Shown piece by piece: positions 46,436 to 61,080 of a stretch of DNA of 64,000 bases; position 1 is the stretch's first letter, and each line of letters starts with the position of its first letter. The position numbers and the translations under genes are program-made. The DNA is from Phoronis australis (taxonomy: Eukaryota > Animalia > Phoronida): the NCBI GenBank assembly GCA_002633005.1, contig NMRA01000153.1, forward strand, positions 187,893-251,892, in the 5' to 3' direction. The notes below the pieces were generated by a model, which did no database searches, was not told the DNA's origin, and was given only the letters and a program-made list of their open reading frames with translations.

Positions 46436-49400
46436 TAGGTGTATACTCACCATGAGACAGAGTGTTCTGGATCACTTTTCCGAAAAATCTAATCTTATTT
46501 TTGAAGTAATCTAAGCATGTAAAATTTTGATTTTCACTCAAAACAAAATGGTTATTGAAAAATATGATTGAAAGTTGAAGGAACTATACAAAACATAAAA
46601 CTGAACTTCAGGCTTTCTAATGTGTCAGTCGCGTATGTGCAAGTGGTCTTGAGGTGAACGTTCACAACCTGGAAGTTTCCATGTTCTCGTCACTGTGCCT
46701 GGTTGTAACCTGTAGAGAAATATGAATGTTAACAAATCAAAATATGAACAATAATTAAGTAAGGCAAATGACCAACATGGCTGTTTTTAAAATAGAAAAG
46801 TAAATCAAAGCCATGACTGCTTTTAAAATTGAAAAGTAAATCGTAGTCGTCTTTGAATTTTTAAAATTGATGTATTATAAGAAAAATTAGGGAATAGGTT
46901 TTCTTCAGCATCGTGGCTAAGCCAGGAGCATTATTTTGTGAATCGTTTAGGATGGGATAGGCTCGCTAAGACATTGAGGTAACAAAACCCCAGATGTTAG
47001 CGTAGTAGTTGTCTCATGAAAAACACCTATGCTGTGTGATACCACAATATTCAAGTGGGATAACTGTACTGAGATATTTTAATCTGATTTATCTAAGCTT
47101 TGTGTTATAAAACAAACTCCGTTTAAAATTTTTTTCAAAGTATCTGAATATTCAAAATAACAAGAAATGATGTACGGTAAAATCTCACCAATTTTGGGTG
47201 AAAGTATTTCCTAGAATTATCATTTATTCATTTCTCAAAAGCTTCTAACATTCTTGTGAATACCAGCCTGTTATGATTGTCTGATGGTAACTGTGGTAAG
47301 GACACGAAAATGGCAAAGTAATGCTTTGGTGTTACTTATTGTGAAATATCACTTGTCCAACATATTGCGTAGTAAACTGGTGACATTTTACTGTACTTGT
47401 CGCGTAAGTGATACTCACATTTTGTATTACACTCCTTGATGACGAGTGTAATTGTGGTCTTTAGGGAGTACTCCCATACAAGATGTACACGGAGGTGCTG
47501 TTTAGATGATTCCGTATGAAAGGGTTCAATTTAGTAATTTGAAACTCTACAGAATGTTCCTTTTGTCAATTACAAAGAATTTACAAGTTTTCAATATTAT
47601 TTAATGCGTGCAACACTGATTGGAAGATATGTGCTTATTGATGAGTGGGATTACCGCCTACAATAAGGTAGACGTGCTTCTGGAACAAACTCCTCCGTAA
47701 CTTTGAGCTTTTCACTGAGGCTCCCTACCCATGCGTCTTGTTTTTCGAGTTCATTCCATGTGTGTAGCCAGCTATTGCAAGGGGAGATAGGAAACTGTGG
47801 TTTGCAAGCATTTTGTTTTTCTTTCCACTCCTCCCCCTAGGACTCAGACGTCCCTCGCTCCCTCCTTGACTACAGGCATATATTCTCTATATGTATGGGT
47901 ATCCTAACTTTCCAGCTGCACACACTGGTTTGGCTACCTAGTGCAGTCCCCATTCATTAAGAGCTCGTTTTACTGACATGTTCAGTATCTCTAGTAATCT
48001 TTTGTTGGAATGTTTTTTCCCTTTCACCCTTCAGTAACCTTACAGAAGTGTCAAGCTATTGACATTCTTTTCTGCTCTCTTTGTTGACATTTATAATATA
48101 ACTAGTGATGCCTTCCATTGATTCTTAGTGGATGGGAGATATAACACTAGTTGTAGCTGTACTGAACAGACTACATTACTTGACGTCTGTGTATGCTGAC
48201 ACCCATTTATCCAAGTTTAAGACCAGCTAAAGATGTCAACTATTAAGGTAAGGCCAGGCTGCACAAAAAACATGACTTAGTAAACTTTTAGCAAAAAACG
48301 TAGTTGCATAATTTAATGACGGAACTTGACCTATCATATAACTTTGATGAATGCTAAGGACCACTATGCGTAGATAGTTCTCATTTTAGGCCAAATTAAC
48401 ACAAGAAAACAAATAACAAGCGCTGTAGGGAACAATGGCGTATTTACAACACTGTATAAAGTCCAGATGTTTTTGTTCCCTTAACTTGAAATACATAGCT
48501 AGAGAAGCTAAAAATATTTATTTAATATCATAAATTAATGATTTGTTGATAACTTGCCCACTTTTTGACGTGTTTGAATTGTATATAATGTGTGGAGGCT
48601 TATGCAAAGTAAGATTGCTTGTGTATTGAAAGGTATATTTGTGTCCTATGATGTATATCTTGGGGTCTCCTGGATGACCTATTCCCATATCATCGTCCTA
48701 TTCATCTTCTTTGTCAGATTGAAGATGAACAAAAATAATGCCAGTTCTTCACCAGGTGGTCAAAAATGAACAAAGAGTGTCCTACCCTTTACCTCGATAA
48801 CTGCTATTGTATTGAATTGTTGCACATTTTGGTTTCTGAAGTATTTCCTGGTTCCGTTTGGTTTCTTTCCATGAGTCTTACAACTTGGCCCGACAGAACA
48901 ACATTCATAAAATGGTTATAAACCCACCTTCCATCACAAAAAAAAACTTAATTCGTACACTGTTTGGAAATTGATCTCAACTTGTTCCTCACTCAGATCG
49001 GAGGTGGTTGCAAGGATTTGGAAAATGACATTTCTTTTTGTTAGACCAGACCCACTTAATTGGCTTGTCACAGTGGCTCAGAGATTTTTGTGCTGAACAC
49101 GGCCTGCAGCAACAGCCAACTGTCAGTTCTTTCCAAGCTCAGAGACCTCTTTTGATCTGAGTATGATCAAGCTATCAACTGCTTAAAAATCAAAAGTTTG
49201 TTTCTTTGACAGAACCGAACGCGAACGCTTGTGTTTGCAGGCGCTTTAGGTAACAGGAAGTATTTAGCCTCTGTTTAAAGTTGTTAACCTACCGGCTATG
49301 TGATTTCTGTTGTCTGCTGTTTGATTGCTGTTTTAGTACATAATCATTTCTAAGAGTAAGTACAGCCAGATGGAGTAAGCCAGGTATTGATCTTTTGCAG

Positions 49401-50539
49401 TGCTGAACCTAATGTCCAGTGATATTGTGATTAATTGAGTTTCCTAATCAGATGTTATGTTAATGTCTTTAACATTGATGACATTTAGTATGCCATTCAA
49501 CTCTTGACTGTGGAAGGGTGGCTCTGAATATTGATTATTGTTCACACAAAATATTGGTGATCACATTTTGCCATTATTTTTTTGAGGGCATGAGAACATG
49601 TCTATTGTCAATATATAGGCAATCAGCTGTTGGCATGTAACCAGCATATTTCATTGATAACATTCATATCCAGTGCAGATCAACTTGTCAAAATTCAGTA
49701 TTAGTGCAATAGCAAAACTTGTCATTCAACATTTGACATGTGAACCCTTATAAAGTGTGAAATATTGTTGAAAATGATGGTTGTGTATTTACATATTGAC
49801 TTGGGTGACTTTTAGTATTTTCCACTGGTCTGTCAGGGAAACCTTAACTAGTGTGCACCTAATGAAAATACTTGAGTAAACTGCAGTTTTTGAAGAAGTG
49901 GTGAGAGGTTTGCCTCAACATACCAAATTGAATTTTTGCAATTAGAGATCTGCTAGAAATTTTGCACTTCCAAAATAAAAGGTTTGGTCAATAGTAAACA
50001 TGGCCTAGAGTTGTCCCCAGGTGTTACACATTGGACTTTTTGTTTGCATAAGGTGTCTGCCTGCATGAGTTGTGTTTGTTATGTCATTGAAATCTATTGT
50101 TGAAGAGCTTTCACTGTAGTCAGTGAAGTGGTTATTTGTGGTTAAATCACATGTTATATAATTTACCTGCTAACACCTTGGTGTTACCTGTTGGTTATTA
50201 GAATTATGACTGATGAGAACACTGCTGGATTTCTGTGGCTATAAAACCATCCCACATAGCAATTCCACCAGTTCCTAAATATTCCTAGCGTTTGTGGACT
50301 TTGCTTACTCACTAATTTTATTTTATCTTTAACTTCATATTGATTGCGAACTCCTTTTTTCTTCTGAATTTTCTGAATACCATATCTGAAAAGTGAACCA
50401 TCATTCCAGTGAAAATAAATAGAGCATTTAGTCCTTAAATTTGATAGCAATTTATTTTCAATAGTATCAAGAATTCGACCTTGAGTGTACTCTGGCTATG
50501 TATCAATGAAAGCTAAAAATTTTCTTAGTTATGAAGATA

Positions 50540-50670
50540 CCGTATTCACCCAAATAACTGCCCAGGGTGCATAGAAAAATTTGTTTCAGCGGGGCGCTTA
50601 TTTTAGCAAAATCTGAAAACGCGTGGGGGGGCGTTTATAGGGGTATGGGCGGTTATAAGGGCGAATACGG
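50540..50670. mobile_element. 131-bp MITE derivative of the same family, inverted orientation
   Basis: TA TSD; same TIRs and subterminal sequence, interior deleted. Confidence 0.85.
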
Positions 50671-52336
50671 TAAGCTAACTCTTCACTTATTTAGCACACA
50701 TCAATGTGATGGTCAAAAGATATTTGTTTAGTACTGACAAGTTGTTAAGGAAAGATATAGAATTTAAGAATTTTTAATCTCTTGTCAGCTTACTTTGCGC
50801 TGTGATGAGGTCATGAAACAACATTTGAAGGTTCAATAGTTTGCAACAAGGTTGTCAACCTTTGAAAAATGACTAATTTGGCAATTATTTTTGTGATGTA
50901 TAGGTGAAGATTTGGCATAAAATAGCATAAGACTAAGGGATAATATGTGTTAACCCAAATACACAAATGTGCAGAAAAATTAGTGAACACAGATGAGACC
51001 CAACGGACTGGTGATATTTTGACTTTTGAAAGGTGTTCAAAATAACGGAATCATCAACTTCTAGTTCAGTGTTTCAATGTTTTTTTATAAATTGATCAGC
51101 TCATGACTGTTGATCCTAAGGGTACTTGTACTTCTCATAAAATATCAAAAAATTGCTCTGTTCTTAGAAGATTGGCAATTTTAGAGAATATACATCAATG
51201 AGTTTTAACAAATAAAAATTTGCATGGGACGTGTGCTGCAGTTCCAAACTATTCTCATATGGCCAAAAAGTATATTTGGTTCTATTGACCACATCATTTT
51301 GACGGAAGTCATGCATTTTGTATTGGTTTGTAATCGCAGCTTCAATCACTTCTTTAAATGCTAACTGTGAATTAGGGATTTTCCTTTAATGAGGGGAGGG
51401 GGTGTGAGAAAAGAAAATGTGATCCTCCAGCTGACAACTGCACAGGCAATTGTGCCAGGTACGGTAATTTCGCACACCAATATATGAACTATTTTTCCCT
51501 TGAGAGCTTCCTGTTCCAATTAATAGAGACAAAACCATTTTCTCGGTTGTCCAGGTATTGCGTTGGCATGGAATTTGAGTGTGCCACGCCTCCCCAGCCT
51601 GTGTCCAGATACATGGATGAGAACCCCCCAAGTTGATGAACTGCACAGGATGTGAATTGCAAGTAAGGTTATCCCTTGAAATCAAGTCCTGTTTTGTTTG
51701 CAAACATTTTTACTTTCAGCTTTTTATCAGCCATGGCCTATTGTCTGTTATAGAACTGGGACTTTACAATGGGAAAATCATCGATACCATTATTGTTATT
51801 AAGGTTTCATAATTTGAGGTCAGTGCCTGAGTTCAAATCGACTGCGGTATACAGTCAAGTGCCATTGAGTGTTCATCGTAAGCCTTATAACAAGACGTGT
51901 GATACCAGACAAGTCATTGGAGGTTGTCTTGGTAGGAAAATGAGCATTAAGAAAGTCCAGGTAGGCAAATGTTTACCTGTATTGTAGGTCACTCAAGGCA
52001 CCAGCTGTGTGTGTTCTTTGGACCAGGTCAGAAATACTACTGTAAATTTGTTGTCTGTCAGTATATTTGATCGCTGTTTTTGTAACGTCTTCAGTATTAA
52101 AATTAGTAATTCTCAATGGCAGCACACTGTCAAAATGAACCTTATAAGATGAATTGTGTGATCCAGCTTCTTTGGCGTCATGAGAAGGGTTGTGTTGGAT
52201 GTATTTTAGCTGAGAGTGTTTTTATTATGATGGTTGCCAGTTTGTGTATTGACATTTATTCACAACTCTGTAGAGAAGTTGTGTAGTCACACCATGTCTT
52301 GGGTTTTGTATGAGAGATACTGACAAACATTTGCAT

Positions 52337-52346
52337 ACACACAGAC

Positions 52347-52381
<35 letters not shown>

Positions 52382-52415
52382 CACACACACACACACACAG
52401 ACACACACACACACA
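52337..52415. repeat. (CA)n/(CAGA)n microsatellite
   Basis: Seen directly. Confidence 0.95.
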
Positions 52416-55400
52416 TGTATGTACACACATACATAACATAAGTACTAACTTACAGTCTATACATTGTACATACACACATATCTTCTTACAAGCATGCTAA
52501 CAAACATAGATACATTCATACATGCATACATATAATCTTTTTAATTTGCATACACAAGCGCAAAATTCAGATCACATTTGTGATGATTAAGCAGTACAGT
52601 TAAGAAATTTTTATCTCATAGTGTATAAAAAAATTATGGGCCTACATAGTCATTTAAGTTCACTTCAAATATGAATTAATGTTCAGACAGATGTTCTTAT
52701 TGTGACAATGCTCTCATAGACAGGGCATACTAACGGATCTATTGCTTGTTGAAACTGAGGTCAGGTGGCAGTTCCTTTACTTTGGTTACGAACTTGAGAC
52801 TGTTGGAAATACATTATTCATATATGTTTGTTTAAGTTGCTCAACTAGATATGAGATTTCCATATTTTATTGCTGCACCTGCTAAATCCTACATGAGTGT
52901 CCAAAGAACATAGGTTGATTGTACTCACAACAGGTTACTCATCAAAAGATTCCGTTTTAAGACGGGCGACATCTTCAGCATTCGGCGTTCCCATTTTCAC
53001 CTAGAATGAAACCTGTGTTTAAGAAAGAAGTTTAAACCAGAGCCTGCCATGAAATTGGTACCAAAGTGTTCCTTAGTCAAATTGGAGATGAAAAAATAAA
53101 CAGTCCGTTTTTGCTTGAGATCAGGCATTACAAAGTGGCTGGTTATGGTGTGTCATTTTAGGTGCTGAGTGTAGTTTCAAGAAATAACAAGCCATTAATT
53201 CTTTGTAAATCCAGACATCACTTGTCGTCTGAGTTTCAAGTTGAGACCAACTTCACTGCTTTTAGTAGTGACCGCAATCAAATGTTCGCTTCTTGTACGG
53301 AACATGGGTTTATAACTCCTTCATTAAGAAAACTAAGAAGAATCTCCGCAAGCAGTCTTGGGAACAACCGATGACAAAGTGAACCCACAAGCCCCCTTTC
53401 CTGTACATTTAGTGCTTTGATTGCCACCTCTGAACCACCGAGAGCTGGATTGCCACTGTATGTGAGTCACATACCGTCTATTGATCCAAGCATGTGAAAA
53501 TGTTGAGACTTCCCCCTTATTGCCTGTAACTGCCAATTTCCACAAGACATTATTGATCTCTGTGTTAAGTGGTGTACTGTTTGGTGTGTAGACAAAGTGT
53601 ACTGGACTTGAATGCATGAGGTGACTTAGTTTAACATTTAATCTCATTTGTGAATATTGGACACTTGAAGTTTTTGTGCGTGGGTTAATTAAAACGTAAA
53701 GAGAGTCTGAGAATCACAAGTTTATTGTCAAGTCTTAAAGTGGCTGTGTTCACTAACTAATTTTTTTAAAAACGTCCACCCCCATCAATTTCAACCAAGC
53801 TGGTGTTTTTTTTTTGAAAAGCTGCTCAAGGCATAGGCACATAAGCATAAAGTTTGGAATGCCATGATTTGCCAAGTGATAATTAAACAAATAAATCGTT
53901 CAGTCTATTAACCCTTTGAATTATGAACCCTTCAGTCACCAGGTCTATGATCCAAAACTAGTCTATTGGGTCACGTGTTCGAAATAAAACCAATGACTGA
54001 ACCTATGGTATGGTTTTACTTATTCGTAAAATTACAGTAAATGAAATTTAGAAGAAGTTACTCATTGAAAACACTGTGTTGTTAGTCAGTTCTGGATTAC
54101 CATAAGGCTTCTGGGAACTCCCCTTGATTGGCAAGAAAATTCACCCCTTCATGGCCAAAATTTTCACCCTCCTTGATAGAGCTTTTGATGGGGCCCCAGT
54201 GACGATGAGACTGTGACCCTTAAGTTTGTGCGGGACCCTAATCTGCAGCTTATGAAGCTTAACATATAATCCGTCATTGTTGTAAATTCATTTTCCACTT
54301 GTAAAAGCTTTTTTATTTTTCTTTTCTTGTCTTGGTTAAGTTGTCTCCCTGTTGGTGGAATTGTATGTACAAGAAACTCGCCAATTTAGGACGCAATATG
54401 GCGGACATAAGAAATTTCACGTTTTCATTTGTTTATAGAAATATACTGTTATGTAGGGTCCAACAAATTCTTTGTCATTTTCAAGTTCCACACCTTAGAT
54501 CGTCACGCAGTTTTTTTGCAAAGTTGTTGGTAATAACAACAGCCCTTCAAAATTATCCAAAGTTTGCAAGATCCTATTACATATTTTGTTTCTTTTGGTA
54601 AACCTTAAACTATTCCACTTTACCCTGTAACAGCACTCAAGTAGACAGTGTCTTGTAATCAACAGCTAATTATTGTAAGCAGAAATAAGAGAATGAATTC
54701 TTAGCAAATTAATTATTGATTGATAGTTCATTAATAATGTATAAAATAGCTTCAAACTAAGATATTGGTAACTTGAGTAATTCTTTGTATATAGCGCAAT
54801 ATTTCTCATTACTACATATGATCCTCCGTAGTTGTACACGACCTATGTCGTGTATTGACTGGTTATGAGATAGTCTGTAACACATTGCACAGTTTATTGT
54901 AGTGCCTTATGAGGTTTTGGTGTTGGAGTAATCTTGTATCATTTTTCCCTGCCTTATTCAGTTAGTGATGTAATTTGACTTTGGATATCCCTGGCCTCTG
55001 ATCCATCAACAAAACAATAATTAAATGCCACATCTAAAGATCACTGACGTTCTAATAACTTCTTTGGTTGCTACCGATGAGGTTTGCATATACAATAGGA
55101 TTTTCTTATGGTTACTATGGATCAGACGTTGAATACTTGTGCCTGCCTTAAAGGGTCCACTCCAGATCAAGTTGTCTATATGCCTTTTACCAGGTAACTG
55201 TGCGTGTTCAGTACTAAGGTGATTCTTCGCTTCAGTATGACGGAGGAATGCAGTTTTATTTTGTCATATTTCTCAACTGGAATGGATATTAGAAAACTTT
55301 ATTCTGTTGTTAACGGAGTTTGTAGCATGCAGATATAAAACAACATTTGATAAGGTTTCTGTAGTTTGCAACTTAAGTAATCAGCCTTTGACAAATGGAA

Positions 55401-55630
55401 ACAACAATTTGGTCAATGATTTTGTGCGAAATATGTTAAGAATTACCATATCTTGGCTCCTGTACAAATTCCAAATTTGTGCATGATTGGTGATTGCCCT
55501 CAGTTAGTTGAAGGGCAGTTTGTCATCATCAAGCAGCAGGCAAATTATTTTATTGCGGTGTAACGCTACTGGTGGTATATGTGCTTAATCCCCTGGTAAC
55601 CAACTCATGTTGTCATACTGTATATTTCAG

Positions 55631-55724
55631 CATGACGAAGAGTGCATTGGGTTTGCCACTCTTCCTGACCAGATACACAGAAAGGCTGTCAAGAAAGGGT
55701 TCGACTTTACCTTAATGGTAGTCG
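55631..55724 (+). CDS. SEPT4/SEPT5-like septin (gene 2) exon, polybasic region
   Basis: atttcag/gtaagt; [31 protein letters not shown]. Confidence 0.93.
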
Positions 55725-58464
55725 GTAAGTGCTATGTTCTAGGACTGGTTGTTCGAAATATCAAAATTGCTTTGTCACTGCCAAAAATTTGGTTATATTT
55801 CGCCCTTCTATGTGACTAAATCTTGCAGCTTTATCTGCATTGGAATGCTGGGCAAATTTGTGTTGTGACAAATTGTTTTGTTTGCAAAAGTTAAAATCCT
55901 ATGAGTAATTATTGTGGTTAGCTGATGGTGACCATACATTTTATGTGGTAAAGAACGACAGACCATTTCCCAACACTGTTGACCCTCCCCGCACTATCGA
56001 AGCTTCGGTTAGCTGCAAAGTTAAGCATCAGTGTTCCCATCAGCTTCTGAATTACCGGTAGACGTAAAACTAGTTCAGAGAAGTTATCGCAAGGGGGCGC
56101 TAACTGGATCTTTGGTCGTATGCCTGGGAGTTATTGTCCTTTTCATCAAAAATGGCAAGAACCTCTCCCTCTACGAAATATAAAATAGAATGTCAACTTG
56201 ATAAGGCAGTTGCCATGGTGCACAAGAAGATGACATAATAGAAAGTTGACTCTTGAATAGGCTAACAGTTGATCTGGTATGGTTGGAACTCAATAGCGGA
56301 GTTGCAACCGAATCGATTTAACGATTGCGCATGTCCGGAAATTAGGGTGCGCAAAGGCTACTGGGATTGTTGATGGTAAACGGGATGGCCGACTGGTTTG
56401 CACGACGTGTAATTTGTGTGCATTAAACTACGCTGCTGTATGTAATTCTGCCGCTANGAGATTTTTTTAATTTAATTAAGTGTAGTACATGAGAGTTTAT
56501 TTCAGTGACCAACTAATACACGTGTGAAAATAAGAATGTCGGAAACTGGAAGTGTGACCTCATACAATATAATAGCATAAAGAATCCAGAAAGTACATGG
56601 ATAAATTGAAACGTAATTCTTATGCTGACAAAATAATGTATACTATACAAAATATTGACAATTGTTGCCCAGGCAACGTCCTTGTTCTGTCACCTGCTTA
56701 TGTATCATTGCATCATCAGTCTTGAAAGATAAAAACAGTAATCAACTAAAAACTCACACTCCCTGTGTCACAGATTGATGGTTCTTGGAGCGTAGTTTTC
56801 ACCCAAAGTTCAGGCCCTGTAGTTCACTTCAAAAGGAGTTTACAAATTTCCCTCCAAACCCGCCTTTGGGTTGTCAAGGGTTACAGAGTATTATTTTGTT
56901 TCAGGGAATTGTATGGGAAAGCCGTGTTTAATATCTGTTAATGGAGTAAAACCAGATTTGGTATTCTTTTAAGAAGTAAAAGTAGACTTCATCAGCAGTG
57001 ACAGATATCTGATTTTGTTGACAAGGGGGAGAGGGTTTATTCATGTTGATGATGCCGTTTTGTGCTTGTGGGGTACTTTTTTGACTGTGTTCCCTAAGCA
57101 GGTGTTCAACCCTATTTCCAAAACAATAAGAAAATATCAGTTCCTTGCAAACTCAAAAAACACTTCTCCTCTGAGTAAATAACAAGTTGAGAAAATTTTA
57201 TAAAGTGTCTAAATTAAAAGTGCACTTCTGGGACGGAACATTGGTTTACAACCGCTTTAAACCGTGCACCCTTTCCTGCCACTGTTCAGTTATTTCAGAA
57301 TCAGAACTGTTTATTGTATGTAGGTCTTGGCTTCATAATACAGTTATTTGCACTCTCATGATTGCAAGTTTAGTCTTCGTAGCTGCTGTAGGTGCAAGGT
57401 GAGCGGACCAAATAACGAGATGTCCCACCATACATCAGTTTGGCTGTATGAAGCAGTCACATATACTCAGACATAACTAAAAATACAAATAGTGTGAGGA
57501 AGACACTTTTAATGTTGTGAGAGTTTACTGAAGTGTGCACTTCAGGTGCAATGCCCATGTTTGACTGAAATGCCCATCCACGAAATCTTCAAATTTTCAC
57601 CTTTTTAAAGTTAATTTTCGACTTAACGCCCACCCACAGTTTATCTGACCGAGACTTTCAAGCTTTCTCGTCCACTGGATTGCAAATCGTGGTAGCGTAA
57701 GAGTTGCCTAATGTAGGGATCTTTACTTACTTCCCAGGTCTTTAAAATCTTAGTTGATGTCAACTAAAATTTTCTGTCACTCTACATAATTGGCCTACTT
57801 CCGTGCTCTGTGGTCTGTTTCTCAGTCTATTGGTTTTTGCCTTTCAACTTTTTACTAAAAACCAGTCTAGAGATGGCTAAAAAATAGTTTGCTTCACAAA
57901 AATCACACTGAAGCTGAAAGTCAGAAAATCTGTTGACAAATCAAAGTTAAAAGACAAGAATCCATAGTCTGCTGGAATAAATTGCTGACAAAACGTTTTG
58001 AGAAATGCAAAAGACAAAAAATCAACTTTTGACTATTCATTGTCAGATTTTTTAATCATGTTTGGCTAAATGCCAAATGTCACTTAAGTTGTTTTGTTAA
58101 AGCATGATAGGAAATATGGAGATGAAACTTAAGTGGGAATTTTGTGTGACATTTTAGCCAGTTACCACGAACCACTCGCAAATGTGGACCAAAAGATGGC
58201 TCTGTCAGGCTGAACAGGTTGGTAGTCAAGGGTCCTTCATTTGTCAGTCGGTCAAAAACATTTCTTACGTGCTGCAAAGATAATATAAAATAGCTCTTAT
58301 AACCAAGAAACGAGAACATTGGTTTACATAAAATTCAAAAAGATTATGCTAGTAAATGACGGACGATAAAAATGGAACAAATAAAATTAACCAAGTCTGA
58401 AACTAATCAAAAAGAAATGAAAAATGGAAAAAGAGAGCAGGGGAAGAGGGAAGTTATTGAAGTA

Positions 58465-59952
58465 CCGTGTTTGCCGTAATAACCGCCCATGCCCCTATAA
58501 CCGCCCCCCCCACACGTTTTCAGACTTTGCTAAAATAAGCGCCCAGTCCATGAACGTGTACGTGCGAAAAATGCCTTACCTACAGTCCTAAAATTGTACA
58601 GTAACGTCATCAATTTATCAATAATATCCGACAGTCCTGAAAAAAATTGTGCGCAGAATTTGTAGACCACGAGCCTCGCCGCTATGTCGGTATTTAGCCG
58701 TGACTATACACTTCAACTTTCCACCATGCCTCAAAACGAACACAAAAGTTTTGCTGATCTTGCGAGGACCAATGGTCTGGCCTTTCAGAACAGACATAGT
58801 GTACTTGTCTACGGGATTGCTTTGTAGATATTTCCCGCTTTCAATAGGAATCCAAATTTCTTTGTACATGTGAAAACCACCAATGGAAGACTAATAAAAA
58901 GCTTGGCCAGTGTTAAAAGCACGTGGCCAGGAAGTGCGCGCTACATACATGAACCTATCATCAAAGACATTAGTCGGGAACTATCCATTCATGAAACGGG
59001 TAGCAAAAGCATCGATAAGAAATGAATATTGGCACTAATTTCCGACAGTTTCTAATACTATAAAAATGTTTGGGTTATTTTTAAGATGAATTGTTTGATT
59101 AACCATAATTGGTGTTTTTAAGCCAAATATCCGATAAAATGACCACTGACAGTGAACACTTAGACACCCTTACACCACAAAATAACTGTCACGTACACAT
59201 CCAGCCACACGGCGACTAATATGGGCCTTACTGATAAATGTCGAACGTTTTTAGCACATGAGACCAGCAAGTGCTGAATGAAACACGCTCTGGTTTAGGC
59301 CTACTGCTTGTGCAAATTTCTTTAAATACAATGCACATCTAGTAGCTCATTAGATTGCGTGGCTCTGGCCAAAAGACGGTCTCTAGTTGCTCTGGCAAAT
59401 GAACTCTGGTGAAACGCACGCGCTCGCTTACTCAATGCAGATGAACTTCAGAACAAACATCACGTGACAACAACATGTTTGTTCGTCCAGACATTTTTCT
59501 TGTTGCCGATCATGTAGATGGCACGATGTAGCACAGATTTGTACTTAAACCTGCTGTTAAACCAGACTCCATGGGAACTTAAAAAACTTAGCGACGCTAC
59601 TTGGAAAACTTAAGGAGGATTTCAGGTAATTTGCTTGAGTTGAATCTGTATTTTTATTCGAGCATTCAAGTTGCCATATCGACGATTGCGAGGCAGTCAG
59701 TGCGGGGATTTCAGCACAATTTTTTGTAAAATGATGGTAATTTAACAGCAAAGTTTGATAGAAATGCAACACGGTTTTATAGTAAGTCTTTCATAGATTA
59801 CAGATACGTCACAGAGCGTAAATGTGATGAATCTTAGCTTCCGATTTCACCCGTTTCGGGGACCGGGTTTCAACGGCCTTGGGTTATAATAAGTGCCCCC
59901 CACTGAAACGAACTTTTCTAAGTGCCCTGGGCGGTTATTACGGCGAATACGG
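58465..59952. mobile_element. Tc1/mariner-pogo-type non-autonomous element, copy 2, in an intron of gene 2
   Basis: TA TSD; same TIRs; collinear with 45050-46435. Confidence 0.9.
58618..58890 (-). pseudogene. Degenerate HIRAN-like domain ORF carried by the transposon (remnant also at 45183-45365)
   Basis: SSIGGFHMYKEIWIP..G..L..NPVDKYTMSV.KGQTIG.PRKISK..VLRHGGKLKCIVT..GL; copy 1 keeps IVGH..R..S..FFL..C.VT..GGLE.P. Confidence 0.55.
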
Positions 59953-60265
59953 TAGTCCCTGATAAGAAAAATAATTGTTAAAGAAAGTATGCAGAATAGA
60001 AAAATTAGTAAAGTTACTGCTTCCATGCAGTAAATTTATACAATCTGCACTTTTTTAAAATTTGAATGTCGTAGTTCAATCCTCTCTTCACAAAGGGCCT
60101 CTTTGATTTTTCTTGACCTATCACCCGTTGTACAACGGAAATATGACAAAATGGTTCTAGTAAGTTGAAGCTACTTTTAATTGGCATTTGACTTTTAAGG
60201 TAAAAGCACCCAACCATCAGTATTTATGTTTTCCCAACTGTAAACAGCAAGTTGCTTTTTTTCAG

Positions 60266-60352
60266 GTGAATCTGGACTAGGGAAGTCAACACTCATCAAC
60301 AGTTTGTTTCTCACAGATCTTTACAAAGATCGCAAAGTACCAAGTGTTGAAG
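60266..60352 (+). CDS. SEPT4/SEPT5-like septin (gene 2) exon, P-loop; GC donor
   Basis: tttttcag acceptor; [29 protein letters not shown]; donor AAG/gcaagt. Confidence 0.93.
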
Positions 60353-61080
60353 GCAAGTTTTGTTAGATTAACTGTATATTTGTTACTATTTCTACGTATG
60401 GTAAACACAATCAAATTTTTGTTTGTGCTGTGCAAATTCTGGGGAGTAAATCCTGCTGCCTAGACTTTCTTTATGTGAAGATTATTGGCTTTAAAATTTT
60501 GGTTCAGCATTTAAAGGTTGCTGATTCTCTGTTTTATCATTTTTGATTGGTTGGGAATTGTTTGGAATTGAAATGACAAGGTTTTATGAGATTTTGCAAA
60601 GATTTATTGTTTTCAATAATCATGCCACTCTATTTTAATTAAGCAATAAAATATACTTTGCAAAAGTAGGCAATCTTATGATCATTGGTGGCTTTTCTGG
60701 GGATACCAATTCAATTTTTTACAGTTGTTTGAGACGTGCAATTTTGGGTATTTTTTGTATTCAGATCAATAATCGTGATTTGTTTTGATGTGTCTCATCG
60801 ATTTAGTTTGCGTTTTAACGTCTTTGCCAAGCTCAAGTCCATCAACTTTCAATTTGCTTGATTAGATTCAGTTTAGTATCATCTGTTGTTGCCAATGCTT
60901 GAACATAGATTTGCCTTAGTCTAAAAAGGAGGAACATCTCAAACTGCCCTAATTTGTGAATGTATTTTGGTTTCTATGCTGACAAATGCCACCTGCCTAC
61001 AGTGTAAAGCCATGGTTTTCCTTGATCTGTATGTATAAAGCTGTCCCCGTTAGAAGTATTATTTAACTATGGTTTTGCAG

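Noticed and set aside
46661-46710. TCACAACCT (miR-67/307-like seed) in a short inverted repeat
   Set aside because: Only about 10 bp of stem, with the seed-like sequence on the wrong arm; not pre-miRNA-like
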